Positions 1 to 12,123 are shown, numbered from the whole stretch's first letter. The stretch is DNA of 63,412 nt, filler included, from Sphacelaria rigidula (GCA_964200075.2; 11 parts of 11 records of this genome joined end to end with filler, not necessarily neighbours in it), one strand, 5' to 3'. Program-made: numbers and translations. Notes: generated by a model not told the origin, from the sequence alone.

Positions 1-1061
1 GGGGAAGTGATTCCTTCGGCCAAAGTGGCCGATGGAAGATCCGTGGTCATGATATTCTGCACGGGCTGCATGGTTGTTTGCAGCGGTAAGATTTGTATTT
101 TGGGGCCCTTTGCTGGGAGCGGGAAGCGATTGTTGCGTCGAAGATGGCCGATGGAAGAGACTGATTTCCCGTCACATGTGGGTACACTTTCCAAAAACAA
201 GGGTACAATTGGGAGGAAAGTAGTCACAACAGGGTACACCGTGGCCGTCTACCGCCGCCGCCGGGTGAAAATAGTCATTGGCCAATCAGCTGCGCTCATT
301 TCTCCTCCAAACAAGGAGGGTACCCAGGTTTGTCGCTGATGCACCATGGTATACCCTACTGTGCCGTTTGCCCTAATTCTTTAGTAGTTTGATCTCCCAT
401 CCGATGTCCGAGTTGTTGTTGTTGTTGTTACTGCAGTTTTATCTTCTGTTTTCATGTGCAGATCGGTGGTATGCCGTGGCCGTTTCTGAGACAGATTTCA
501 TGGTTCGGCTCTTCAAAGACGACTTCCAGCTTCGTTTTCTTTGTTGTACAGTTGCGATGCAGGCCTCTGCTGTGTCGTTTGTTTTTCAGCGGCATTTTGA
601 CATTAATCGCCGCTCCCCCCCCCCCCCTTCTTCGACGTCTTGGCACACGTTCAGTACACCACAGAACATGAAGTCATTTTCCATTCATGACTGTGGAATT
701 CGATGGAGAACATGCACTGTATAATATACGTTCCTCGCAACGTGCACGTGGCGGCCAGGATGTTTTTCACAGTGCCGGGAAAACGACGCAAAGGCACAGG
801 CCGTTCGAAGAAGGTGTTGTAGAATGACATACCGACGCTGGTACATTTCAAATGTGTCTGGCCTGTGCTACATGCGCAATAATGTCACATTGCCCCCCCT
901 CCCCTATCCCCCCCCCCCCCCTTTCTCTTGAAGTGGCGATGCCAGAAAATGAAGCTACTCATTGGAGGCTGTTATCCATATGCAAGATGATTAGTAGGCT
1001 TCGGAAATAACATATCAGCAGGATGCAGGTCACCCCTGATGCGATTCGCCGAGCATACGGC

Positions 1062-1118
1062 GCTTCGCGCTTGGTGCTTCGCGCTTGGTGCTTCGCGCTT
1101 GGTGCTTCGCGCTTGGTG
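1062..1118. repeat. 14-bp tandem repeat (GCTTCGCGCTTGGT)x4
   Basis: Four perfect adjacent copies read directly. Confidence 0.95.
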
Positions 1119-1475
1119 ATTGCAAGCCTGGTCCGACGAAAACCCGGCGTGCTTCGTCCCGGCTTTGTAGGAATGCGAGATCAATGGTCTCATGACTCTG
1201 GCATGCAGAATCATGAGTATCCCCCCTCCCCTTCTCCTTTCCTCCCATTTCAGGGAAGGGGTTTATACTGTAGGTACACTACGAGTGTAATTTAACGAAG
1301 CAGGGTCCAAGTCGGCCTCGTGGGAGAAGGGGTCGGATCCGTGAGGGGATCCTAGAGTCCATGCATGTGCTTTCCGCATTGTTAAGGTTCAGAACCAGAG
1401 TAAAACTGAAAACACTATCCGTTCTCCCCCCTTCCTTGCCGGTTTTTTCCCCTGTATCTCGCCCCCCTGCATCAG

Positions 1476-1778
1476 GAGTGGGGGTTGTATCCTGCACTGT
1501 CCCTGGAGGAAGGTGAGGCAGGCATCGTCAACCTGGGGCAAAGGCCCTTCGCGTACCCGCCGCCCGAAGGATTTGAAGCAGTAATAGGGGCGGTGACGAC
1601 GGGAGGTGCTGCGGGAGCGGCTGTGCCGTTGCCGTCCGCTCAGAGCGTGCAAGCCGCGGGGGAGGGGGGTGGAGGAGACGGGCAGGAAGATGAGGAGGAA
1701 AGGCGAACGCCGGTAAATCTGAACGAGTTCGAGTGTGCTTCTGACCTGGCGGCGAGATTTGGACCAAATCGTCTCAAG
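1476..1778 (+). CDS. Penultimate exon of SPRY-domain + SDE2 C-terminal-domain protein
   Basis: CAG acceptor 1473-1475, GT donor 1779, 101 codons. EWGLYPALSL...NLGQRPFAYPPPEGF resembles the SPRY C-terminal end. It is followed by a G/E-rich linker and PVNLNEFECASDLAARFGPNRLK, the start of an SDE2/SF3A3-type SAP-like domain. Confidence 0.8.
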
Positions 1779-2324
1779 GTTGGTTCAATTGGTTTGGTTT
1801 GTTTCAGTTGGTCGCTTGGTTTTGTGTGATGAGGGATAAGAGAGGTTGGGGCGGGACGGGGCGAGGGAGCTGCATGCTTGATATTTGATGCGTATAGCAG
1901 AAAAAAAATGGTCATTTTCAGTTTGTTCATGTGATGATCTCAGGATCGGTGGCGGGGAGATTTGACAGGCGTTTCGTCTTGAATTTTAAGGGGTAGCCGA
2001 TTCGCGTTGTTTTGTCCGTCCCACCTATTTCTTTGGTTTCCCAGTGTATACCCCTATATCAAAAGCCCCATCGACTGAATGCGATATGGTGCGCTCGCTG
2101 CCCCCCCCCCGCGCGCGCCTAAACCCCCTATTTTCCCCTCTTCTACCGTCACCTGTTTATCATCCTGCCTGTTTTCTGTCGGAGAACACCGAGGATGTTT
2201 CATGGGGCGTCGCCGGCATATGTATGCCATGTCCTTGCTCCAGCGTGTGCGTACCCTAATCATCACCACCACCATCGTGGCCGCCGCTTTTTATTGTTGT
2301 TGCTGCCCATGATATCTGTGACAG

Positions 2325-2471
2325 GAGGAGCTCGAGAAACGGGGCGCGAAGTGCGGAGGGACGCACTACCAACGCGCGGCCAGACTGTTTTCCTTGAAGG
2401 GATTGAATCCAGAAGATTATCCGCAAGGAGTCATGGCGGCCAACAAAAACAAGAGGATGAAGAAATCTTGA
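2325..2471 (+). CDS. Last exon, SDE2-type C-terminal (SAP-like) domain
   Basis: CAG acceptor 2322-2324, in phase with the previous exon. EELEKRGAKCGGTHYQRAARLFSLKGLNPEDYPQGVMAANKNKRMKKS* matches the LKCGGTLxERAxRLFSxKG motif of SDE2/SF3A3. Not present in the ORF track. Confidence 0.88.
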   Translation, partial: EELEKRGAKCGGTHYQRAARLFSLKGLNPEDYPQGVMAANKNKRMKKS

Positions 2472-4095
2472 CACCGGGGGGGAGCGGGGTGGGGGATGCA
2501 TTCCTCTCGCATATTCCATCAATACACATGTGTATAAGACGCGGCCCGGAAGAGATGGGCCAGACATCACGCAAGACCGTGTGAAAACTAAAGTTTTTTT
2601 TTTTTTCGCGTTTCCCTGTACTCTCTCTCCTGTGTTGTTTGTATTTGTAAATATTTCCCATCGTTTGTTCCTGCCAGCTCCTCACTTAGACTACATGCCT
2701 GTCCTGTCCGGACAAATATGTCGGCAAAAAAGCGCTGCGTCTTTCACGGCCGCTGACAACAGGGGGTATGCATTCTTGTTCAGGGCGTTTCCCTCGCATC
2801 TGCTCATTTGACTCCAAACGCCGGTATCTGCGCAGCAAGTTGTGTAAGCCAAACCATGACACGACGAGCATAGACTAAAACAAACATGGACACAAGAAAC
2901 AGAGACGAGGGGAGGAAGGCAAAGGCACGGGCGAGCACCCTTCGGATAATCGAACCTTGAAACTCGTAGAGCAGGCTCAGAATTGCCAACCCAACACTGT
3001 ACCCCCTATACCGCGAGGTCGGCGAAGACCGCTTGGCGAGTGACCGGCGAATCCGACACTGCCCGACATTTGCTCGAGGTAGCACCGGCTTCGACTACGT
3101 TGAACTTATGCTAAACACAGTATGTACGGCATTTACCGCATGCGGTACAACAATACAAGCTCTTCGGATTGATGGACCAGATGAAGGAAGACAAAAGCTG
3201 GGGTGCGCACGCACGTGGGCTTGTGCCGGGAGTAGATCAATGTTGATACCACTGACCATGTACCTCCATCAAAAGGAGAGGTGGTATCTTCCCAATGTAC
3301 GATTTTCAGCCCCGCCGTTGCATAGACGTTCCGGGTGGTGTACAATAAATCTTTCCGGCCGTCGCACCCGAAAAGAATTTCCATTGGGGCTGGAATCAGT
3401 GCATGAGTGCACGCCTTTTGCCTGCGTGAGCTTCATCCACCACGGCGATCTCAGTATGATGGATGTGTTTGGTCATTGTCAGTAAAGCCTTCTTTGGTGG
3501 CTTCCTAGTTGCAACAACAAGGCAGATGAATGGGAAAAGTGACGCATTTTGTTGAACTGCCAAGTAAAAACTCCGTTTCCCCAGTAAAGCAATCACGAAG
3601 GCTACTCGAAGAAACATGAAATGCGTCGTCAAACGCCGATTTTTTTGTAAGCACACAGCAATCGTCGTGATAATCGATAACAGTGGTGTGTGGTGTGCAT
3701 TTTCCCGACAAAAACTGTTTGCAAACTTCGGTGAGGTTTCGGAATATATATATATATATCGACCCGTAAGTAAGATCCCTCAGGCATTCCTTTTTTATCT
3801 TTATTCCTCAACTCTTCACCCTGAACCTCCACCAAAAACCCCTGAAAGACAGTGCTGCGTAAAAACAAAACAAAACAAAAAGATACCGGAATGCCCGCCC
3901 TATACAAAGGTAATTGCACTTGGCCCGCATACAAGAATTATTGCACTTTTGAACGGAGAATTTTGCATACTAATTTCTCGACCGTGGATAAAGACACCCC
4001 GATGAAATTCGGTGCATGCACTAGTCGGACATAACACGAAAGAGAGTATGCGCACCGGAAAACAGCTCCCTTCGGCCAATGAGCAAGTTAAACTA

Positions 4096-4684
4096 CGAGC
4101 TGGGCCAGCCAAGAGTACGTGTGAATCTCGCTCAGGCGACGCACGACGCGATATCAGGAGTTGGACGCTGAAAATTTGACAGCAGCTTTTCATGATCAAA
4201 ATGCAAAAGATCATGGGTCCAGCAAATAAAAAAATACGAATTTATGGGCATTTGAAATTTCAGCAAAAGAAGCTAATGCCATAAGTCCAGGAAAAAAAGG
4301 AGAATCTGCCGCTGGACTCGTGGAGTATCAGTCCCTTGGGCGCAGAAGGTCTCCCCGAAATTTCAGCTCAAGACTCGTCGAATTGGGCCGTGCGTTTAAC
4401 ATTTTCCGTGACGCTGCTGCACCCCTATAAATCAAGTGATGGGAGACTCCAATTTTGGGGGTCATGAGTTCGAATCCCGACATATTCTCTTTCTTTTTCG
4501 TCCGTCGTTAAGGTTATACATCATGCAGTACATTTTTTTCATTTTTTTTTCATTCAGCGGCGGTGCCGTGTGTCACCAGGTTGGTCTACACTTTACAGTG
4601 ATATGCTTACATCGAGTTCATTCGGGAAACTGGGGAAGCTGTGGTGTGAGCAAGTTTTGGCAGCATTTAAGCTGGCCCAGCTCG
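4096..4684. mobile_element. Tc1/mariner-like MITE (589 bp)
   Basis: Perfect TIR CGAGCTGGGCCAGC / GCTGGCCCAGCTCG flanked by TA on both sides (4094-4095, 4685-4686). No coding capacity. Confidence 0.65.
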
Positions 4685-5484
4685 TAAGCGAATACCGATA
4701 TGCCGTCGATAGACCCTCGAAACGGCTATCGCTCAGCCCAGATTCTGTACACTGTGAGTGAATGCTTGTGTGGATATGATGGTGCACCCACTTACACTTC
4801 ATGATCACCTGGGAGGGTACCGTGCTGGCAAATTAACATAGATCAGTACTGACACATCCTCGGGATGATGACATACTGTAGAAAAGTCATCCCCGTATCG
4901 CCTGTAGAGATGCTCAGCGCAGCAGGCACTTTCGTCGTACGCGCGCTATTGTTGCTGCACGGCGCTGAAACTTCGTCACATGTCATGTGAACCACGATCA
5001 ACAAACCTACGAGCATGGATCCGAGGTTGAGGGTTGCAACAGTGGCGAGGGGATGAAAAGAGCGCAGATTCTGTTCCGAAACAGTCGGGTTTTTGTACTC
5101 GGGCGCAGGACTGAAGAGCAAGCATGATGTCTACACTAGCCACAGTGCCATATAAAAAAATTGTATGGAAACAGCAACCGTCGCGATAATCGAAAACGGT
5201 GCGCAAGCACCACGACAGAAGGAGGGGGGAAAAGCAAGAACAGTGACACGACGCTCAGCTGCAGCAGCAGTACAACTCCATACAAAAAAAACATGAATAT
5301 TATTGTTGTTGCCGGCAGTCTTTGTTTGGGAAGCACACAGTTTACCCTTTGAACCAGTGACTCACTGGTTCAATGAGTAGCAGGTTAATCTGTTCGCTTC
5401 CTGGACAAAATATATGCTGTGTGGTCCGTCCCGGCATGACCCTTCAGTTATTTCTTTGCTCAGAACAGTGGCACGACGCTCAGC

Positions 5485-5539
5485 TAACAGTCGATTTCAA
5501 ATTTTGGGGTTCAACACTAAAATGGGGCTGAAGTCGCAT
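5485..5539. repeat. Dispersed repeat (probable DNA-transposon end), also at 22942-22996
   Basis: TAACAGTCGATTTCAAATTTTGGGGTTCAACACTAAAATGGGGCTGAAGTCGCAT versus TAACAGCCGATTTTAAATTTTGGGGTTCATACAAAATATGGGGTTGAAGTGGCAT on an unlinked contig. Confidence 0.75.
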
Positions 5540-5674
5540 TTCTCTCTTCTTGCAGGGAAGATACGAAAGAGTAACACAGAGCGAAAGTATCTTCCCCCCC
5601 CCAAACTCCGCAGGAGGGCTTGACCGTCAGACCGCGAGAGTAGGTCACCTGCTGAATCGGCATCAATATTCACT

Positions 5675-5774
5675 NNNNNNNNNNNNNNNNNNNNNNNNNN
5701 NNNNNNNNNNNNNNNNNNTTAATTAATTAANNNNNNNNNNNNNNNNNNNNNNNNNNNNNNNNNNNNNNNNNNNN
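5675..5774. other. Artificial contig linker (44 N + TTAATTAATTAA + 44 N); first of 10
   Basis: Identical 100-bp linkers at 5675-5774, 11449-11548, 17223-17322, 22997-23096, 28771-28870, 34545-34644, 40319-40418, 46093-46192, 51867-51966 and 57640-57739. TTAATTAATTAA gives stops in all six frames. Intervening contigs are 5674 bp (x9) and 5673 bp (x2). Confidence 0.99.
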
Positions 5775-5833
5775 AGATTTTGCATCCCAAAACCATGCAC
5801 TTTCCGGGGGGGGGCTATCGTAGAAAGTGTCTC
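5775..5833. mobile_element. Right end of GAG-terminal MITE family C
   Basis: AGATTTTGCATCCCAAAACCATGCACTT...GGGCTATCGTAGAAAGTGTCTC matches 17632-17691. Confidence 0.75.
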
Positions 5834-7854
5834 ACGCGCATTATCATTGCGAGGACGGTGTACACAAGGTCGGTAACAAATAAGACGGCAATGGCACAAA
5901 TCGCAAATCCGTCGAATCGACATGTGAACCTGAAACGTAATACGATTTTAGGCCATATCACCCCAGTACGAGAAAAAAACCCTGCTACAGTCAGTGCAAT
6001 GACGGGAAATAAGGTGCCAGACAGAAAAAATGCGAAAGAGGAATTACGTCCGGCTTGACGCAAAGCTTTCGAAAATACGACTTTTCCCCCGGAACAATGC
6101 TCTCAAATACGGGATCTTTGGGCAAAATACCGTTCTGTGTTTTCACTTAATCCGCAGGAGTTGGGCTGTTGTACGTTAGATAAAGCACGTTTTCCGCTCA
6201 AACCTGGGACTCAGCCGGTAGACCGAGCACCATATAGAGCAAACCCCAGAGTGCAAGACGCAATCGACAAATGCGTCGACCAAATGGAAAAAGATGGTAT
6301 AGTCGAACAACGCACAGGCCCGTGAGGATCAGCGGTTACAATGGTCGCAAAAGCAGATGGAACAGCATGATTTTGCGTAGATTATCGAGAAATGATAAAT
6401 AAGAACTTGGTTCACAAATCATGGCCCATGCCAGCTATCGAAAGTCACATAGAAACAGTAGCGGGGGCGAATTTCATAACAGTGTGCGATGTACAAAGTG
6501 CGCTCCACCAGATACCAGTAGCGGAAAGCGAAAAAGAGAAAACAGCGTTTGTAACTCAGAGAGGGAAATGGGTGTTCAACCGGTTACCATTTGGTTTAGC
6601 TTTCTGAACCTTTATCTTCTCACGCATAATGGCACTTGCATTTGCCCACTTCGGACCTAAGAGTGGCTTACTAGTATATATGGATGACATATTTTTTTGT
6701 TGTTCATCAAGCTGGGAGAGTCATCCCACCCTACTAGAAAGCACGTTCCAAGCACTGCAAACAGCAGGCCTTACACTGAAGCCGACAAAAATCCAATTTG
6801 GTTCAAAGCAAGTCAAAAATATTTGGGTCATGTACTGTTCGCAGATGGCATCAGAGTGAGTGATGAAAGAATAAAAGCTATCCTCGACTTGCCGAAACCC
6901 ACACATATCAAAGAGTCAAGATCAGTACTCTGTACAATAAATTTCGTACGGAAATTCGTACCAGACTTGGCTACAGCCATAGCACCACTGGTAGATCTAA
7001 CAAAAAAAGGGGCGGCAAAACAAATGTCGAAACTTTTGAATACTGAACATGATGAAGCCTTCGAGAAACCAAAATTGATGACTGAGGCACCCGTCCTTCA
7101 TTTTCCAGATTTCACGAAAGACTTCATCATAATAAACGTTGATGCTTCAGACCGTGGGGCCGGGGCCTACGTCTCCCGAAGGAAAGGCAAAGACGAGGCA
7201 ATCGTAGCATACTTCAGTCAACGTTTCAATGACGCCCAGGCCCGTTATCCGCTCACCATGAAAGAATGTTACGCGATCGTACTGGCGATTCAACATTTCA
7301 GAGCTTTTCTCTGGGGATGTCACTTTACGTGTGTAAGAGACCATGCCGCTCCTCGATATTTGTATGCGATGCAGGATACAAGTAATATGTTGACCCGATA
7401 GGCAATCGCATTGCAATCGTATGATTTCACGGTCAAACATAAACCAGGGAAACTTGATGTTACACCGGACACCCTCTCACGGCTATTTGCGTTTGAAAAG
7501 CGACAGGAAGCAGAAATCAAGCCGTTGCTTGCGCCGATATGTCGTAACGTCCCAGAAAACCATGAGTTACAGATAGCTAAGCCACAACATCAGTTCCAGA
7601 TTTCAGCTGAAAAGCTCGACAATTTGAAACCGGTGCAAAGTGATCGAGAGTTGTTCACCGTGAAATCAGTACACGTAAGCGCAGCGAACGTCTTCACGTC
7701 AATCAACCGCAAAAAATTGCGAGAAGAGCAAGCAATAGAGTACGGTCCCTACATCGAATATATCACGGAAAAAGATGCTCCGATACCAGAAAAAGAATCG
7801 CTCACATCGATGTCACATTATTCAGTACATGGCGGGATTTGATTCAAATCTTAC

Positions 7855-9333
7855 TTGCCGAGACACTTGAAAAAACGAAGCACAGTTTGTGATCAACTTG
7901 TGCTACCTAAGACCCTAATAGGCTCGGTGCTACATGCATACCACGACCATGCACTATCAGGAGGCCACTTAGGATTCAAGCGGACATACGACAAAATCCG
8001 ACCGAAGTGTTATTGGCCATCAATGAACCGCGATATCAAGGGTTGGTGCTTAAAATGTCAGAGTTGCCAACGCCGATCGACGCCCCGCCGGCAAAAATTG
8101 CCAATGGGACACATTCCAGTAGAGAGACCATATGAACGAGTGTCGGTTGACCTGGTTGAATATAAAACGGCTTCAATATCCAACGCCGGAGTACTATGTA
8201 AATACGTACTGACAGTAATGGACCACCTCACAAGGTATGATTTACTCATTCCAGTCCCGAATAAACAAGCCACGGCGATAGCCAAGACCCTTATCGACAG
8301 AGTTTATACAACATTTGGCATCCCAATGAAGCTCCACAGCGATCAAGGGGTCGAGTTTGAGAACAAATTAATATACGCACTGCAACAAGAGTTAGGTTCC
8401 GATAAGACACATACAACCCCTTTACGTCCGCAAGGCAACTCAGTGTCGGAACGCGTCCACTCCACTATGCACATGATGTTATCGATGCATATGTCAATCG
8501 GAAACAAAAACTGGGTATCCATGCTTCCATTCGTCCAAATGGCGTACAACACCTCTTATCATAACACGGTACAAGAGACACCGTATTTTATGTTGTTTGG
8601 AAGACAGCCCACGTTGCCAGTGGACATGATTCTCGGCATACCAGAAGAAGGCCAAGCGGCGACACCCGAGGAATCTTCCAAGGAAACACGGGAACACCTA
8701 CAGTTTGGATTTGAAATCGCGAGACAAGCCTTACGAGAAAGGGCGGACGAGCAAGAAAACAAAAACAAACTAAAATATTTCCCAGTGTTCGAACCGGGGC
8801 AAAAAGTTCCATTGTATCGACCATTTCAAGACTCAGAAGGGCCGAATCCCAAACTTCAGCTACCATGGAGAGGTCTATTCACGATAACCGAGAGACGATC
8901 GCCGGTTGTATACAGAATCAAAATAGACGACGGCTCTAAGGAAACATCAGTACATCTCGTTCATCTCAAGAAATATCACCCGCGAGAAACCGCACCAGCA
9001 CCAGACTTTGACAAGTTGAGCGAGCTGTTTTTAGGTAGACAGATACCTCTACCAGAGATAGACCAACCAGACGGAACATTGCCCACAATAGAACGCTACA
9101 CCGTCGAAGAAGTGGTGGGTCACGCGTCAGGCCCAGGTCGGAGGAGTAGCCATAACTATAAATATCGGTGGAGACTCAAAGGTTACGGCCCAGCGGCTGA
9201 CCTGACCTACCGTGCGGATGAAATACCGCAATGCAGACATCTCATTGATAAGTACCGTCATGACAATGGGTTAGCTGAACGCTCACATCCGGACTCGAAA
9301 TCCAAGACTACAGGGAAACGGAAACGGACGTGA
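7855..9333 (+). CDS. Gypsy integrase with C-terminal chromodomain (uninterrupted 492-aa frame)
   Basis: HHCC finger (HDHALSGGHLG...CLKCQSC), DDE core (SVDLV, HSDQG, NSVSER), GPY/F-like PKLQLPWRGLF, and chromodomain-like YTVEEVVGH...YRWRLKGYGPAADLTY at ~9091-9255. Confidence 0.9.
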   Translation: MPRHLKKRSTVCDQLVLPKTLIGSVLHAYHDHALSGGHLGFKRTYDKIRPKCYWPSMNRDIKGWCLKCQSCQRRSTPRRQKLPMGHIPVERPYERVSVDLVEYKTASISNAGVLCKYVLTVMDHLTRYDLLIPVPNKQATAIAKTLIDRVYTTFGIPMKLHSDQGVEFENKLIYALQQELGSDKTHTTPLRPQGNSVSERVHSTMHMMLSMHMSIGNKNWVSMLPFVQMAYNTSYHNTVQETPYFMLFGRQPTLPVDMILGIPEEGQAATPEESSKETREHLQFGFEIARQALRERADEQENKNKLKYFPVFEPGQKVPLYRPFQDSEGPNPKLQLPWRGLFTITERRSPVVYRIKIDDGSKETSVHLVHLKKYHPRETAPAPDFDKLSELFLGRQIPLPEIDQPDGTLPTIERYTVEEVVGHASGPGRRSSHNYKYRWRLKGYGPAADLTYRADEIPQCRHLIDKYRHDNGLAERSHPDSKSKTTGKRKRT

Positions 9334-10061
9334 CTGTTCAACAGACTGTGCGAGCGCCTTAGCAACACGCTCAAGGGTTGAACAGTAGCCTGGGGAAAAA
9401 AAATCAGAGATTAATGAGAGTCAACAACGTTAGAACAATACGGACATGAACAGAACGAGATCTGACATGTCAGCGGTGTCGGAGGTGAAACTTTCCGAGG
9501 AAGATCACCTCTCACCAATGGGGGTAGTTGCTGACAGGAAGTAAGGGTCATTTTTGCGATGTTTAGACAGAGGCACAATGCTCACAGACCGAAAACATCG
9601 TATCTACCGCTTTGTTACTAACGCAAGGACGTAGTCCCACGCAGGTGTCAGAGGAACCGAAGGTGTCCCAGTACCCGGGTGTGAATAACCCAGGCGCCCG
9701 TGGATCGATCAGTGTCCCAGTGCCCAGTCATGAAGACCAACAGAGGCAACCAGCACCTAAGTGCAAATAAATCTGATGGAAACATGTCACATATGACAAC
9801 TACATAACAGAAAACCAAAATAAAAAGGGTTTGCAATACATGCACTGTTACAGACATCAGGTAGCTAAAGTTTACTGGAGGTGTTTGCTCAATACCACAG
9901 TATAAAGAAGGGCTGCCTTTGCGAAGTCGTGGTGGCGTGACGTAATCAACGATAATCACTCAAGGATATTCCCATGGTTATATCATCAGCAAAGCTGATG
10001 ATCGCCTCGTCCCACCAGCCATAGCCTCCATGGGCTTCCGGCGCATAAGGGGGGGAGGAAA

Positions 10062-10438
10062 TGTGGGAGATATCCCTTTGCAATGACATATCAGAGACTG
10101 ATGTTACACATGTATACAGACCCAGTGCAAGCAGGGACGACGTAGGAACGTTCCGGAAGGACCAGATTCCCCGAGGACCCTGTAATGCCAACGAAACTAG
10201 ACAACTCGGGGCGATGCCAGGAAGAGCCTAATATTCAGGACGGTCCAACATCCCCCGAGGAACCCGGTCGCCTCCAGCGACCACCCTGTGCCTGACCCAC
10301 TTCTTGCCTACATCTCACAAGAGGAAATCATCATCAGCTTTGGAGTTCCTTCGGCATCAGGACGACATCTCTTGGGACAGCTTCTTCCTTAGTCTCTTCT
10401 TCCTTAGTCTGTCCCCTCTCGGATACGTCCTCCTTACA
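10062..10438 (+). repeat. Putative 3' LTR (377 bp)
   Basis: Starts TGTGGGAG directly after the PPT, ends CTCCTTACA, followed by a (TA)n run. The second LTR is not in the contig, so the end is inferred. Confidence 0.65.
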
Positions 10439-10949
10439 TATATATATATATATTTCACGATATAGTCGATATTTTTTGTCCCCGACTGCTCTGAAAAAAC
10501 TCCTGCATGAGAAAAACCCCGAAGCTAGATTGTCGATTTCCGGAGAAATCTGTAGTCCATGTTGAACCTAATCTTATTAATGGACCTGGGTAAGAAGTCT
10601 ATTTTCGCTTTTTATCGAAGATTGTTTCTTTCTCGAAAAAAAATGGAGATATTATAAGAAACAAGCAGACCCGTTGATCAGACCCCCTACTCATCGCCTC
10701 GGGCGACGTACTTCGTAGACTGCGATATACTCCTTGATGCCCTAGGAACCCAGCATCAGTGACAAGATAGGCGTGGTGGAAGCAACGGATGGAAGCACTT
10801 TCTGAAGGAAACTCGAGTAAGCGGGAAAGCCGAATGAGTGGGAATCTATACGTTGGCGCTCATGCATGCCTCAGCGATGGCGGGTAGCGGGATCTCGGTT
10901 AGGTCGATCAATGTCTGTCCGCTCTCTTGGTATGGGCGGTATGCCGTAC

Positions 10950-11042
10950 CTTGATGAAGAAGCCAGCATAGAGGAAGAGAAGGCCGAGCACCACCATGCT
11001 GAAGGTGCAAGCCAGCATGGCGTTCTTCAGGGCTTCCACCAC
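10950..11042 (-). CDS. Internal exon of an ABCG-type transporter (transmembrane region)
   Basis: VVEALKNAMLACTFSMVVLGLLFLYAGFFIK then a GTAC donor. The LFxGFFI motif is typical of ABC-2/ABCG membrane domains. The acceptor is weak (GAG, or an alternative AAG). Confidence 0.5.
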
Positions 11043-12123
11043 CTCGAGCACAACGTGGTACAACACAACACGGCACGACACGACACGATGCCAAAGTTTC
11101 TTTGTTTCTCCGCGCATTTACAAAAATTATCATGGCGGCAATACAGACGAAACACTACGCATGGAGGAGTCCACCAATTGAAAGTCTACTTGGGATGTAC
11201 ACAAATAGTGCATGATTATAACAAGCGCTCGGTTCGATGGTCAACACGACGACAACGTCTGACCGTCGCCTCGTCTTGTTTATCACGGTTGAAAAATTCT
11301 GCCATGCTAAATTTTGCGGCAGCTACGTACCGTAAGGCCGGATGTTATGGCAAACAGATTTTTGGCCCACGGATTGTTCACTTTCATGACGTTTGGCCCA
11401 CCTTTTGACCCCCAAGCCTAGAAAACCGCCAACACACGTCTTGGACACNNNNNNNNNNNNNNNNNNNNNNNNNNNNNNNNNNNNNNNNNNNNTTAATTAA
11501 TTAANNNNNNNNNNNNNNNNNNNNNNNNNNNNNNNNNNNNNNNNNNNNCGACTCATCATACTAAAACCAAGTAATTTTCGGACGAATCATTATTTGTCCG
11601 ACCCTTGAAAGATTCGATTCTGTGTTCGGGAGGAACCGATGTTTTGTGCAGGAGCGGGTAGAATTTCCCCAGATGTTCAGGGTGGTTGAAGCTTCAGAAG
11701 TCATGTCAGAACATTGGCCCAAGCGATCGCCTGTGAAATGACCCAGGTGGGACGGTCCAGTGTGGAAGAAGTAGCAAGGTGCAAGGGCAAGTGCATCTGC
11801 GGTGAAGTGACAAAAACGGTGTGTGGATGAAGCTCGAGGTTTGTGAGATCAGGGAAACGGGTGGATAGATCATCAGCGGGTGATATCATCTTGAACCATT
11901 GTTGCCCGAGTTTGTTTCGTGCGTATAACGCGACAAAATTCGACAGCAACTGCCTACCTTTCATGAAAGCTTCGTGCGGCGACTTTCTTTAGCTCACCAT
12001 TTCTATAGGTGTCGTCCATAGGATTCATGAGGCGAGATTTGAAGATCATTGTTGTATTTTACCTTCTCGTGCGTCGAGATAAAAATGACGTTTGATGGAG
12101 CATGATCATTGATGTACATGTAC

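Larger units (their letters stand above)
5834..10438 (+). mobile_element. Ty3/gypsy LTR retrotransposon, 3' part (degenerate RT-RNase H, integrase + chromodomain, PPT, 3' LTR)
   Basis: RT motifs (CDVQSALHQI, KTAFVT, RLPFGL, VYMDDI) and RNase H (VDASDRGAGA, KECYAIV), broken by stops and frameshifts. Integrase lies downstream, the gypsy order. PPT AAGGGGGGGAGGAAA at 10047-10061 is followed by TG. Confidence 0.93.

Noticed and set aside
1..671. Upstream SPRY exons (donor GTAAG at 86; MQIGG at 456)
   Set aside because: No frame gives a convincing SPRY match or a phase-consistent join.
4430..4500. tRNA gene
   Set aside because: Only a B-box-like motif is present, with no acceptor stem, D arm or anticodon arm.
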